DNA of 64,000 nucleotides from Callorhinchus milii (GCF_018977255.1 NW_024704743.1:112842001-112906000), one strand, 5' to 3'. Counted from the first letter of the stretch, positions 38,791 to 52,647 are shown. Numbers and translations: made by a program. Notes: generated by a model from the sequence alone, not told the origin.

Positions 38791-39464
38791 TATGAGTCCT
38801 GGGAACTGCCAGGCTTTGCGTCGGAGACAGTTTCAACTCTTTAGAGAGAGATTCCAGTTGCCTTCCATCCCCAAAACCTGTGTGTTACTCATGGTACTCT
38901 TTTTATTGACTTGAAAAAGATAAAGAGTTCAATCGGTATTCAAATCCAGAACCTTTTGATCCGTTATGTTTCATATTTTAAGAAAATAACTGGATTTTGT
39001 GCAACTGACATCTGACATAGTCGTGTTTTTAGACTTGAAGTTGTAAATGAAAGCCATCCATTTTTTTGAATAAGCACTTGGGAGTGAATCCTTTGCTTTT
39101 AATTGTTTTGTCAGGGCTGGTAATGTGATGTGCTGCTTTCCGTTCTAAAACTGAAGTATTTGTGCACGCTCAGGATAGCTGTAAAGCCCTTACCTTAATC
39201 CTATCAAGAGCATTTTACAAAATAATCTGTTCCAGTAATCTTAAGAAAAACAAAGAGTGTTATTCTGTTACTTCTACATTTTTGTTGACTTTCCTCATCT
39301 CATAACTGGATGCTTATCTTATGAATTAAATTCTGTCATATATCAGCACTACGTTTAGCCAAAGGGGACCTTATGCCATAAAGTAATTGGGTGCCAAGTA
39401 AATTATCTGCTTGCAGGCAGAGTGGGAAAGAGCTGAAAACTAGTTTCTTATTTAAAAATTTACA

Positions 39465-40237
39465 ACAACTTGCATTTATATACTACCCTTCACCGGGGTA
39501 GCATTCGAGCCAGGGGGAGAGGGGAAGATAACCATAAATACGATCAAAAAGAAAGGACTTTAGGCTGGATTTGAAAGCGGGGAAGGAGGGGCCAAGGTAG
39601 AGGGATTGAAGGAGAGAGTTCCAGAGTTTCGGGGCATAGTGGCTGAAGGCACGGCCGCTGATGGTGGAGGGGATGAGGAACAAACACGAGGCCAGAGGCA
39701 GTGGGGAGTAAGCAGATCAGACAGGTAAGGGATGTGTGAGGGCATGAAGGATTTGAAAACAAGTGAAGATCTTGAAAACTTTCGGTAATTGGGATCCAGT
39801 GGAACCTGGCATGGACTGGTGTAATGGGAGATTTGTGCAGGTGTGTATCCAGGTGGAGGAGTTTTGGATGAATTGATTTTGTGTACAACAACAAAATTAC
39901 ATTTGTATAGCGCCTTTCACATCGGGAGGACGTCCCAAGGCGCTGGACAAACAGTGTTTCGAACCCGAGCTGGGAGTTAGGATCAGGGAGGGTGGAGGGC
40001 AGGGCGGGAAGAAGGGTGATCGAAGGCACGGTTGAAGAGGAGGGTCTTGAGATGGGTCTTGAACGAGGTAAGGGAGAGGCGAGCCGGAGGGACTGTTGGA
40101 TGGAGTTCCAGATGATTGGGGCAGAGTGGCTGAAGGCCCACCCGCCAGTGGTGGGGCGGGTGAGTCGGGGGACGTGAAGCAGGCCGGTGCCCTCTGAGCA
40201 GAGGGAGTGGGCAGGTTGGTAGGGGTTTAGGAGGTCA
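39465..40237 (-). mobile_element. Two tandem L2 3'-end fragments (about 39465-39880 and 39885-40237)
   Basis: Each begins with a (CAA)n tail complement and matches the 3' end of the L2 at 42250-42945. Confidence 0.85.
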
Positions 40238-40849
40238 AATTAAAGCCAGAAGTGTGATAGGAGTTTTTCTTAATGTTCATTTGCAGCCAATCGCCTACAA
40301 AATTCACGTCATTTTACATTAAACCCTGTGAAGAGACTTACGTTAAGTCCTTCTGACGTGAAGGGCTCTGTATCATATACAAAGAATATAATCATTATTT
40401 ATAGTTGCCCATGAGACCCTGCTGTCATACTTTACTACTACAATTGCTTGCAAATAGTCACTAAACGTAATTATTACTCATGAAGCATTTTAAGATTGAA
40501 AAATGCAAGTTTTCATTTTTCATTTTTCTTTTCTGGAAAGGCAAATAAGATAAGCTTTACTCATAAAACAAATTCTATTAAAACGAGCTCACAAGAAAAT
40601 CACCCTGTTGACGTAACACATTATTCTTTAAAGTAGGTTCTTCATGGCAATTCTATGATTTGCAATGATGTATAAAAAACTTCTAAATCGGGATTAATTT
40701 TCAAATGTATATTATAGACACACTACAAGCTGCCTCAATAGAGTGTAGTGAAAACCAGATAGATTGGATCCATTCACTCTAAAAATACTACAATAATAAT
40801 AATCCTTCCATTTTGATATAGTGTCTTATCATGTCATCAAATGCCAACT

Positions 40850-42945
40850 GTTAGACTTCCTCGAATCCAAAATCGAGGGAATCTGGTCAGCTGCCTTTGC
40901 CACTGCAACTACTATCCCCTCCGCATCTCCTCCTCCCACCCCAGCCCCTACCCACCACTCCCTCCACACCTTTGAACCCGTCTCCCCCTCCTCTCTCATC
41001 ACCACCATAACCCGTATGAAACCCACCACCTGTTCCCTGGATCCCATCCCTACCGCTCTTCTTACCTCCCAGCTCCACCTTCTTGCCTCTCTACTCACTG
41101 ACATTGTTAACCTCTCCCTGTACTCTGGTACTGTTCCCACCCCTGTCAAACGCTTTCATCATTCCTATCCTTAAAAAAACGTACCTGGACCCTTTCTACT
41201 CTCTTAACTACCGCCCCATCTCCAACCTCCCCTTCCTCTCAAAGGTCCTGGAATGAGTTGTTGCTTCTCAGCTTCGCTCCTTCCTCTCTCGCCACTCCCT
41301 TCTCGAACCCCCTCAATCGAGCTTCTGTGCTGCCCACAGCACAGAAACCGCCCTGGTTAAAGTGACAAATGACATTCTGTCCATTTGCAACCAGGGATCC
41401 CTCTGCCTCCAGGTCCTCCTTGACCTGTCTGCTCCTTTCGACACCGTCAACCACTCTATAATCATCCACCGCCTCTCCTCTCACCTCGACCTCCACGGCG
41501 CTGTCCTTAATTGGTTCAGATCGTACCTCTCACACCACCTGCACTTCATCTCCTCCAACGGCTTCTCCTCTAGCCCCCAGACAGTCTCGTGCAGCGTTCC
41601 TCAGGGCTCTGCCCTTGGTCTCCTCTTCTTCAATATCTATATGCTCCCACTTGGTGACATCATCCGCAGACATAGGGTCAACTTCCACATGTGTGCGGAT
41701 GACACCCAACTCTTATCTCTCTGTCTCCACCCTTGACTCCAGGACCATTGTTGTGCTAATGGACTGTCTGTCAGACCTCAAGTCCTGGATGAGAGCTAAC
41801 TTTCTTCAGTTGAACGTCAACAAGACCAAGGCTCTCCTGATTGGCTCCCGTCAGTGCCTCCTCACCTCTCGCCCTGACGGTATCAAACCCAATCCGGAAT
41901 CTTCGGGTCTTGTTTGACCCTCAACTGTTCTTTCTACCTCACATCTGCGCCATGACCCGCTCTGCCTTCCCCCACCTCCGCAATGTCGCCCGGCTCCGAC
42001 ACTGTCTCACACTGCAGGCCGCCGAAACCCTCATACATGCCTTCATTACATCAAGGCTCGACTATGCAAACTCACTGCTTGTCGGCTTCCCCAACTCTTC
42101 CCTCCAAAGGCTGCAGATCATCCAGAATTCTGCAGCCCATGTCCTCTCCCAAACTAGGCTCCGTGACCCTATCACCCCCATCCTTTCCCAACTCCACTGG
42201 CTTCCCATCACACAGAGGATACAGTTCAAATCCTGGTCCTCACCTTCAAAGCTCTCCATGGTCTTGCTCCCCCCCTACCTCTCCGACCTCCTAACCCCCT
42301 ACCATCCTGTTCGCTCCCTCCACTCAGTGGGCTCTGGCCTGCTTCACGTCCCCCGTCTTGCTCACCCCACTATCAGAGGGTGGACTTTCCGCCACTCTTC
42401 ACCCACTCTCTGGAACTCCATCCGGTAGTCTCTCCATCTCGCCCCCTCCCTCGCCACCTTCAAGACCTGTAGCTCAGTGGTTAGAGCAAGCGAAACACCT
42501 GGGTTCAAATCCAGGTAGGGCAAAACCTTGGGCAAGTTTCCTTACTCCACATACCTAATAATAATCCCTCCAAAAAAAAACAATAATAAATCGGTCATTT
42601 TCAATCCACGACTGTTTGTGGGACACTGCTTTGCACAATTCGCTACCACGTTTTGCCCACGAATATACAGTCAATTCACTTTACAGTATATTCTATGAAG
42701 CGCTTTGAGACATCTAGACGTGATAAGGCACTATATCAAATGCAAGGATTATTATTATTAAGACCTACGTCAAGACCCTCCTCTTCTACCGTGCTTTCAA
42801 TCTCCTTGCTTCCCCACCCCTGCCTTCCCCCCTCTTCCACCCCGACCCTCAGCTCGGGACCCAAACTCTGTCTGTCCAGCGCCTTGGGATGTCCTCCTGA
42901 CGTGAAAGGCGCTATATAAATGTAATTTTGTTGTTGTTTGTTGTT
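40850..42945 (+). mobile_element. L2 LINE, 5'-truncated, with RT region and intact 3' tail
   Basis: KPTTCSLDPIPT, VPQGSALG, FHMCADDTQ, SRLDYANSLL and LHWLP motifs; tail ...gacgtgaaaggcgctatataaatgtaattttgttgttg. Confidence 0.95.
42466..42760 (+). mobile_element. SINE (short subtype) inserted into the L2 with target-site duplication AAGACCT
   Basis: AAGACCT at 42462-42468 and 42760-42766 flanks the SINE; the L2 resumes afterwards. Confidence 0.9.
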
Positions 42946-43275
42946 ACTGTGACTGTATTTTGTGGGTGAATGCGGCAGCTAATTTGCACATAGCAATGTC
43001 CAGCCATGAAGTAAGTAACCAATTGTATTTGGGGGATTATAGGCCAGGATACCAGGAGAAATTCCCTTCTCATTTTGAATAGTGCTATAAGATCTTTAAT
43101 ATCCAGGCAGATGGGACTTTGGTTTAATGTCTCACCAAAGAATGGCAACTCCAGCGATGCAACACAACCCCAGGACTGTATTGGAATGTCAGCATAGACT
43201 ATGGTTTCCAAATTCTGGCCTGAACCCACTACCTTTTAACTCAGAGGCAAGAGTGCTATGAACTGAGCTAAGCCT
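42946..43275 (-). mobile_element. Deu-domain (SacSINE1/AmnSINE1-like) SINE
   Basis: Minus strand has a tRNA-like head (tagctcagtt...agcactcttgcctctgag) and a Deu-like core (tgagacattaaacc...aaagatcttatagcactattc...tcctggcc). Confidence 0.7.
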
Positions 43276-43315
43276 ACACTACTACTTCAGCCAACGCATG
43301 AATGTTTTGGGAGGG

Positions 43316-43860
43316 TCAGCCGGGTGTCTGCAAAAACCCATCATCGTGCTTAAGAGTATCCAAACCAAGCAGAGATTTCCATGCCTCCCACCTACACATG
43401 GAAATCCCAGAGATAGATTGTTGGAATAGTATGCACACTCTCTCCCTGGAGGGATGCATCCTGCTTACCTAATTCCAGAAAATATTAGTCACAGGTTGGT
43501 AAGAGCCAAGGCTTGGGGACCCCAGAATGTGCGTTGGGATACTGCTGGAGTCTAACCAGTTAAACCCGCATAGCTTGCCATTGATATTGGTGCCCAGAAA
43601 GCTTTTCCATTACTTGTCCATCTTATCCGTTAGGGCTTTGGCTTGCAGGGTTAACAGGAGCTGAGTGGAATGACTCCCTGCCCCCAGTGACTGTGCTATC
43701 ATCAGTTGTGTGCCCTGGAATACTGTGGACCCGCCTGGCTCATGAACTAGACTACAGAGACCGCCACAGAGGGCTGGCTCAATTCGCTTGGCGCCAGTTC
43801 AGTTCCAAGGGACCCGGCTTACCCACCTCACGTCCCCCCTCCCCCTCCCAGGAGGATAAC
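43316..43860 (-). repeat. Family X copy
   Basis: Collinear with 35640-36240, with small deletions. Confidence 0.85.
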
Positions 43861-44274
43861 GGCACATGAATGACTTGATTTGAACCTGTTATGTTAGTGG
43901 GTTTAACAATTCTTTGTGGAGAGTCATGTAAAGATAAAACATTTGGGCCCCTGTAGTGTTATGGTGTTGCATAGAGTATCCATTGTGAGTTGTTGAAGTA
44001 AAACTGTCGTTGGTTTGCCAACAACTGGAGTTATGCCTCATGGGTGTGGACATTATCAAGGCCATTGAGCAGCTGGAGATATAGTTTGGCTGTTTCAGTT
44101 GAGTTGTTGGAAGTCGATTCAAAAGTTCTATGAGAGCAATGCAATGATACCCTTGGGAAATTGTGTGCTGATGGGAAATATGGATATCCTTGTAAAATGT
44201 AGTATACCGCATGTGTATCATTATACAGCTCTAGTGCTATGTGATTAAGTTTAACTTCCTCTTGTATTTGAAAG

Positions 44275-44382
44275 AGTGAAGAAATGTCAAATGAAGGCGA
44301 AGAGGACACCGATGTCAACAAGTCGGAAATCAGCTTGGTGTTTGAGATTGCTTTGAAGCGCAACATGCCTGTCAATTTTGAG
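44275..44382 (+). CDS. STAU2: STAU2 exon: linker and start of dsRBD3 ([36 protein letters not shown])
   Basis: Translated by hand (absent from ORF track). Acceptor cttcctcttgtatttgaaag|AGT, donor GAG|gtaggt; 108 nt, phase 0/0. Confidence 0.95.
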
Positions 44383-45546
44383 GTAGGTGTTTAAATGTAT
44401 GAACGAAAATATCATAACAATTTGGGTTACTACAATGAAATACCATTTATTTCCATGTTTGTTTACCTCCACGTTCATTATGCAAGTGGGTTCTGATGCA
44501 GGACAGTGAGACACTGGCAAGAATACTGTTGTGCGTATGTGTGAAGTTGCCAGGGATGCTTTGAGTCTGGAACATCATAATTCAAACAACTTTGCACATG
44601 CTTGCAGTTTCGCACATACCCACCAACAGGATTTTTTTTGCTCACTGCAATAGTAGATCTTAATATTTTTACAGTATACAATTTAAGATTAAATATATTG
44701 TATAAATAAAGATAGAAAGTTAGATTCTCGAGAGAAACGTAGACAGAGAGAGAAACTCAGAGAGAAAAGGGCAGTGTGAGGAAGAAGAAGTAAAAGGGAA
44801 AAACACTGGGTGAAGGCAAGGTCGAGAGAAGTGGGCTGGCAGTGTACTGAGACACAATAATAATAATAACCCTTGCATTTGATATAGCGCTTTATCATAT
44901 GTTCGAGACATCTCAAAGCCAATTGCCACAGCAGTGTCCCACAAACAATCATGGATTGAAGTGACCGATTCATTATTATACAATGGGCCTTCTCTGCTGT
45001 AAATTTCCGCTGTACTTTATCTAACAATTTTTTAGATGGCCTTGTGGCCAATTTGTATCTTGTCTGATGTCAAATTATCCTCACTTGTCTGCTTATCTGT
45101 AAATAGGCCAGTTCCAATTAGCGTGGATAATTGACTTTACCGTGAAGATTTTGAGAAGTTTTGGTTGAATTGCTGCTGGGGAACAATTAGGTCCGAAATA
45201 AATTCTCTGCTATCGCAAACCAGGTTTACAAATTGGTGTCTTTTTCAAACCATTTACCAAGGTCCTGGCTTGACGAGAGTAAGACTTTGAGAGCAATCAT
45301 TGAAAAAACATTCTGTCATGTTTTGATGCATATTATGTGAGCAGTTCTGTTCTTCAATGATCAATCATGATTACGTGTATTTTGCTGAGGTGACCTAGAA
45401 AAGTGCTAGTTTTAACTAATTATTTTTGTTAACGGAAAGATTTAAGTAGAAAAAAATGTTAAGAGGATTTGTCATGAAAGATTGCCTGTATTATTCCTTC
45501 TTTGTGAATAAATCTTCTGTGGTGCAATTAATATAAAAAGGGATTC

Positions 45547-45913
45547 ACGTGGAGTTCTGTAGCTTAGTGGTTAGAGCACATGCCTTACAAGCGAGAGGAC
45601 CTGGGTTTGATTCCCAGGCAGGTCGAAACATTGGGCACGTTTACTTATTCCACACCCCTGTTTACCTAGCAGTAAGTAGGAACCCATTTGTTAGTCGATT
45701 GGCAGATCGCTTTTCTGGGGGTAATAATCCCTTTAATAATAATAATTTGGTTACTCAATCCAAGACTGTTTGTGGGACACTGCTGTTCGCAATTGGCTGC
45801 CGTGTTTCGCCCACAAGATATAGTCAATTCACTTTAAAGTATATTCTGTGAAGCACTTTGAGATGTCTCAAAGACGCGATAAGGCGCTATATCAAATGTA
45901 ATGATTATTATTA
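45547..45913 (+). mobile_element. tRNA(Ala)-derived SINE, long subtype
   Basis: Complete copy. Confidence 0.9.
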
Positions 45914-46475
45914 CAATATTATTCTTGTTGCACACAGATGTCTGTCAGCACAACTGTTTAGCAGTATCAGTTGTGCAGTGTTTTGATGATTCAACTTCAC
46001 ACAGTGTTAGGTACAGTGATATAGATAATGTTAATGTGACAAGGATTATTGTTATGTAAATCCACATAATGTTGCTTTTCAAGGGTAAGGCAATTTACTT
46101 TAAATCAGCATAACTATTTCCACATGCTATATTTTCAGTGTTGCAATATTTTTTCAATACTGAATATTTAAATTCTGAATATGATTCGTTACTTGATTCA
46201 GTTAGCTAACCAGGAACCAGATTAAAAGTCGGGATCCCTGACTTGAGTGTGGCACTCATAGGTTTACATAGAATTTACAGCACGCAAACAGGCCATTCAG
46301 CCCAACTAGTCTGTGTCTACATTCACACTACAGCCAGCTATATAATATTTAATAGAAAATTTATTAAATTGTTCATCCCATTGAAAGTCTAGAATTGAGA
46401 CTTCATCAATCGCACTAACAAGGGAATGGATTAATTGACCAGATTTACAATGAGTGAAAGTTAGGAACTATTCAG

Positions 46476-48120
46476 GTAGGAGCAGGCTGGAGCCCGCTGA
46501 ACGGAGGGAGCAGACAGGTTGTTAAGGAGTTAGCAGGTTGGAGAGGTAGGAAGGGGCGAGGCCGTGGAGGACCTTGAAGATGAAGACGAAGATTTTGAAC
46601 TTGATCCTATGAGGGATGGGGAGCCAGTGGAGACGGGCGAGGGTGGGTGTGATGGGGTCACGGAATCTGGTGCGGGAGAGGACACAAGCTGCAGTGTTCT
46701 GGATGATCTGCAGCTTGTGGAGGGAAGAGTTGAGAAAACTGACAAGCAGGGAGTTGGCGTAGTCGAGCCTAGGTGTAATGAAGGCATGCATGAGGATTTC
46801 AGCGGGCTGAGGGGTAAGACAGTGGCAGAGTTGGGCAATATTGTGGAGTTGGGGTCATGGCACAGATGTGGGGAGAAAGGATAGTTAAGGGTCGAACAAG
46901 ACGCCTAGATTCCTGACCCACTTGGTGAGGTGGAGTGAGCAAACGTGGATGCTGATGCTGCCAGTGCCTGAGATGCAGAGGCGCTAGCGCGAGCCAATCA
47001 GATGTTCTACTGTAGAAAGTTGTCTCTCAGCCAGGACTTGATGTCTGACAGACATTCTGTCTGGACATCAGTGGTACTGGAGTTGAGGGTATGGCAGAGA
47101 GATAGAGTTGGGTGTCATCTGCATACATGTGGAAGTTAACCCCAAATCTGTGAATGATGTCACCAAGAGGAAGCATGTACAGGTTGAACAGCAGAGGATC
47201 GAGGACAGAGCCTTGAGGAACACCGCACGAGATAGTGCAGGGGCTGGAGGAGAAGCCATTTGTGAAGACAAAGTGGAGCCGGTGTGAGAGATAGGATCTG
47301 AACCATTCAAGTACAGAACCTTGAAGGTTGAGATGAGAGGAGAGGCGGTGGAGGAGGATAGAGTGGTCCACAGTGTCGAAGGCAGCAGAGAGGACGAGGA
47401 GACAGGGAGCCCTGGTCACAGATGGACAGAATGTCATTTGTCACCTTGATCAGGGCTGTTTCTGAGCAGCACAGAAACACGATTGGGGGTTTAGTTAAGG
47501 GAGTGGCAGGAGAGAAGCTGGGAAGCAACAACTCTTTCAAAGACCTTGGAAAGGAAGGGGAGATTGGAAATGGGGCTGTAGTTAGTGAGCAGGGATGGGT
47601 CCAGGGAAGTTTTTTTTAGGATAGGAGCGATGACAGCTGATTTTAAGGGGGTGGGAACGATACCAGTTGACAGGGAAAGGTTGACAAGGTCTGAGAGTAA
47701 AGCGGCGAGGAGGTGGAGCTGGGAGGTAAGGAGAGGGGTAGGGATGGGGTCGAGAGAGCAGGTGGTGGGCTTTGTGTGGGTTAAAGTGGTGGTGAGAGAG
47801 GAGAGGGAGTCAGGTTTGAAGGTGTGGAGGGAGGGATGGATAGGGGCCAGAGTGTGAGGGAGAGGGGGGTGGTAATTGGGAGGCCGGAGGAGGCTGAATG
47901 GATCCCCTCGATTTTGGTTTTGAGGAAATCCAGCATCTCATCGGAGTTGAGGGAGAGGATGGGCGAGGCATGAGAGGGTGGAGCCAGTTAGTAGAGGAGA
48001 AGAGGAGCCTGGGGTTGTCCTTGCCTTCCAAGATTATCTTGGAATAGAAGGACGATTTAGCGGAGGCAAGGGCGGAATGGTAAGTTTTGATGTGATCCAG
48101 CCAGATCTGCCGGTGGACCA
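46476..48120 (-). mobile_element. L2 LINE ORF2 fragment (RT)
   Basis: [40 protein letters not shown] and LHWLPI motifs; same subfamily as 28545-30290. Confidence 0.95.
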
Positions 48121-49485
48121 TTAAATTATCGCTTTTTAAAAAAAAAATACTTTACACAGACTTCTTCACCCATGGAGAAACCTGTTTTGTATATTTCCTG
48201 TGTATTTTCTGTTTGCTTATTGGCCTCGATATTGATTGGTCAAGTAATGGTTTATGAAGTGCTCGGAGACATGTAAAGGGCGCTAAATAAATGTAAGTTG
48301 TTGTTATGAAGGTGCACTGAACTTTTATTCAATTGTAATGATTCTCAAAGATCCATTTGGCTTCTCAAGGGCGTTTTATTTTTATAACTTTCACAGGACT
48401 TGGCATTATTACAGGTCATAGCAATATTCTTTCTTGATGAGATGTGTTGAAAAGAAACTTGTAATGTAATCCTTATCAGATTGCTGCTAGGAAAGAAACT
48501 TGAAAGTCAACTTTTCTTTTCTAAATGTGGGGGTATGAAGACAGATACTCCCACGTTATTGTGTTACTTTTAATTCCTTCTTAGATTTATAAGCATCTCA
48601 AAAGCCAAATTCTTCGTCATTGTTTTCAGCAGCTCATGAGTCACAAGAACAGTATTAACCATGGTTACATGAAAGTGTCATCTTACAATGAATTTGCTGC
48701 GAATAACTGACTCTTTTAACATGCAAGGGTCTATATTTTGCAATGCAGTAACACAGATAGGCATATTCAGTTCTGGAATCATTTTGGCTGTGGCAAAATG
48801 ATCTCCAGCTTATAGTGGTATGTTTCTACTGGAATAAAAGAATAAAACATGCTAATTACAGCAAGTCTGCGTTTTCCAGATATTTTAACTCGTTTGTGAT
48901 AACTAAAATACCAAATAAAACAATTATCAAGGTCGTATCTGATAAACTAAATGAACTAGCACTGATATTTTTGCCATTTTAAAAGTCTTCATAGCTAAGT
49001 GTGAGTTGCAAATAAAATACATTTAAACGCTGCAAGTACTCAATACTATTTATTGTGCAAAAATTTAGCAATATCTCATCAGTAGAATGTCTCCTTTCAT
49101 CACTCATCAGAGACAGAACTGGAAGAAGAATCAAAGGAAGAGATATTATTTTCAGTGGATTTGTAGGTGAAAAACAACCAACTTGTGCTTGATAGAATAG
49201 TGTCAGTACTGGTTTTGTCTTAGTGGAGATATCCTTTCTGGTATCAGTTGGATGTTGGACTGACCTGAATCATCTTTACAATACCTATTGCATTACCTCT
49301 ACCTGTGAAGCAGCTCTTAATCTTTTATGCTATATTTTATAATTATAATATGTAATAGAATAACAATTTGCATTTATATGGACCTTTCATGTCAGGTGGA
49401 AATCTCTTCATAAAGCTGACTGGGCACTGAAGTTAGGTGGGGGGAAGGATAAAGACAGAATTCATTGGGATGTTTGTTCATCAGT

Positions 49486-49890
49486 CTAGCTCAGATTGAT
49501 TCTGAATCAGAAGCTTGTAGTTTGAAGCCCCACATCGAGACTCAAATTCATTCTCAGTGCTGATACTCCAATTCAGTGCTGCTGTTTTATTGCATTGTTG
49601 GAGCGATTATCCTTTGGTTGAGATGTTAAACTGAGGTCCTGCATGTTCAAGTGGATATTAAAGATCCCATGGCACTACTCGAAAAAGAGAAGGGAGTTTC
49701 CCCTGATGTCCTGGTGAACCGACCCCAAATAAAATTGGTCATTTGTTTCATGGCTGTTTGTGGGACCTTGCTGTGTGTACCTGGGCTGCTGCGTTTACAC
49801 TCCGCTTTGCAGTAAGTTTTGTGAAGCACTTTGGGACATCCTCTCAATGTGAAAGATGCTATATCAAATGTAAGGATAATTATTTTTATA
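49486..49890 (+). mobile_element. Deu-domain (SacSINE1/AmnSINE1-like) SINE
   Basis: tgagatgttaaactgaggtcc...gtggatattaaagatcccatggcactactcgaaaaagagaagggagtttcccctgatgtcctgg closely matches the Deu domain as I recall it; L2-like tail. Confidence 0.8.
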
Positions 49891-50689
49891 ATAATCTTTT
49901 TTCATGGACTAGGGATGATTTTACAGTGCTAGCATCTTGCAGTTGCATTCAATTGAACTCCAGCCAGAAAGCTACAGACCCACCCACGGACTAACTTATT
50001 AATTTCCTAGAATCTGAGGAACAGGCTGCTCTGTTCTTTGTAACAGCAGGGTTTACCATGCACTTCCAGACGTTTTTCATTGTTCCCATTTTAAGATGCA
50101 AGAACTCAGTCAAAGGGCTATATATCAGGCAGAAGCAGTAATGTTCTCTAACAGTGCAGTAATCAAAACTGCATTCTGCAGGTCAATGTATTCTTTCTCA
50201 TTAATTGAGCCCCAACGTAAAATTTGTCATCTCAAAGGGTGTGGGCAAATAAGCAAACAATTTATTTCCTGAGAGTTTAATACCATATGCAACCATTGTG
50301 ACTAAATGATCTTCCAGCATTATACAACATTTAATTCCTGTTTCTGGGATGCTCCGATAGTTAATTTTCTCAATGCTGACAACCCAATTCCTCTCTGCTA
50401 ATTGCCACTTTGGGAAAGGCTTTTTTTCCCCCAATTTATCTATTATAGGTTCTGTTTATTATGTACAGTATCTTGCTAAAGCCTGGGAACTGTCTTATTC
50501 TCAGAGGAAGAGAAGCGAGAGGATGTTTCACTCGTTAAAGACCATCTCAAGCAAAGGTCCCCTGACCATAAAATTCCTTTGCTCATTACTCTTATATTGC
50601 TGAGGTTAATCGCTCCACGATTTTGTATTGCACTGCCCTCGAATACCCATACATATTCCAGTTTTGATAACTTATAACAACTAGAGAAT

Positions 50690-50860
50690 GTTAGGAACTT
50701 AGGAACTCAGACTCAGGAGAAGGCCATTCAACTCTTCAAGCTTGTTCCGTAAATATATTAGATCTTTGCTGATCTTTTAATCTCAGTGTCCAGCCCTTTT
50801 GCGATACATCTAAATACCTCTACTGCACAATCTTTACTATCCTTGTTTCTGATATCTGAC
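50690..50860 (-). mobile_element. Old CR1 3' end
   Basis: (TTAGGAAC)2 tail complement followed by ggagaaggccattca. Confidence 0.6.
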
Positions 50861-50971
50861 GCATGCAAAATCCATCACCATGCTGAAGAATATCCAAACA
50901 AGAGTTCCACATATGTAGCCATGCAAAAATTATTATGTATTGATGTTGTTTTGTATTTTTACTCCCAACAG

Positions 50972-51184
50972 GTAACTAGAGAAAGTGGCCCTCCTCACAT
51001 GAAGAGCTTTGTTACTCGTGTGTCAGTTGGAGACTTTACAGCAGACGGAGAAGGAAATAGTAAGAAACTCTCTAAAAAACGAGCAGCAATATCTGTTCTG
51101 CAAGAGCTGAAGAAACTTCCTCCCCTTCCAGTGATAGAGAAACCTAAATCTCACTATAAGAAGAGGCCCAAGTCTATACTAAAG
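50972..51184 (+). CDS. STAU2: STAU2 exon: rest of dsRBD3 and basic NLS-type linker (VTRESGPPHMKSFVTRVSVG...KKRPKSILK)
   Basis: Acceptor ctcccaacag|GTA, donor AAG|gtaagc; 213 nt, phase 0/0; dsRBD motif GEGNSKKLSKKRAA. Confidence 0.97.
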
Positions 51185-51639
51185 GTAAGCACATCATTCA
51201 TTGCTACAGGCATTTAAATTATTTGAAGAAAGAAGTTTTGTTGATTTTCAAACCAGATTTAGATCAGTTTGCTTATTAAGTAGCTGTGAATGATTGGCAT
51301 TGATCCATGAATGAGAGTTTAGGGCTGACTCATAGAAGTACACTGTATCAGCTTTTTTAACACTAATCCTCGGTTTTATAATTGGCTAAACCAAGCATTT
51401 GCTGTAGTTTTTATCTGAACTTAACGCTGGGATGTTTCTGTTTTCTGTGGTAAACAATATAACAAATTCAGCAAAGTTTGAGAATCTCAAATATCTGCGA
51501 AGTAGAATCTGAGAAAGGGTTCCTTACTTTGGTTACACTGTTGGACAGACATTACTGGTGGACAATTAAGTAAAACAAACCTGAGGATTTATCAAAAATA
51601 TTGTAAATGCAAAATATTTCACTTTTTAGTCCAATAGTC

Positions 51640-52120
51640 AAAGCTTAGGGACCCCAGAGAGTGCATTGGGGTACTGCTGGAGTCGAACCAACTAAAACTG
51701 CATAGCTTGCCATTGTCTGGCAAGCGTTCCCGCTGCTTTTCCATCCAGGACCATCCTACACATTAAACCACCTTACAAAGGCACAGTCGAAAAGGAAAGT
51801 CTTGAGGCAGGCCTTGAAGAAGGCAAAGGAGGGGGGAGGTGAAGGGGCTCAAGGTAGGGGCAGAAAGGCTGAAAGCACAACCGCTGATAGTGGAGCAGTT
51901 AGGACAGGGGACATGGAGCATGCCAGTGCCTGCAGAGCAGAAGGAGCAGACAGGTTGGTAAAGTTTTAATGGGTCGCAGAGGTAGGGAGGAGCAAGACGG
52001 TGGAGGGCTTTAAAGATGAGGACAAGGATCTTGAACTTGATCCTCTGGGGAATGGAGAGCCAGTGAAGCTGGGCAAGGATGGCAGTAATCGGCTCACAAA
52101 GCTTAGTGCGGGAAAGGTGA
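51640..52120 (-). mobile_element. Family X fragment (about 51640-51740) followed by an L2 3' fragment (about 51770-52120)
   Basis: ccccagagagtgcattggggtactgctggagtc...ttgccattg, then L2-like aggatcttgaacttgatcc...gagccagtg. Confidence 0.7.
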
Positions 52121-52647
52121 GGTGAATCACTCTATGCTCCAACCTTGGAAAAATCTTACCCTTTGTGCTGTGTGTTGCAAAGTGAGGCTTTGTCCAGCTT
52201 CCTAACTTGCTGTCTGAGGGGCTCTTGTATGCCACATTGTGATTGTCTGTACTGCTTCCCACTTGTTCTAGGGAAGATATGTGGATATCTTGAGTATAGC
52301 AGGACTGGTGCAACCACCTTCCCCCCAGTAAATGACATTAACTGTTTCAGCATTTCTTCCAGCAAAAGCAAATTTTCTGAGATTAGGATTATCACATGAT
52401 TACACTTCATGCCACACCTGACCTAGGAGTGTTTGGTGTTGAAGCGGTAATAGCAATCACCAGCATATTCATCACTCATGTTGAAGCATACAAAAATGTA
52501 GGAGTTATTGACTAAATTATTTAGTCCGTTACTCCTACATTTTGTAGGTGTTTGTCTCCCAAACCCATTGATAGCAGAAACCAATAGGTTTGTGGAGACA
52601 TTATTTTCCTTTTTTTTTATTCCAAAGCCGTGACTTTGGAACTTAGT

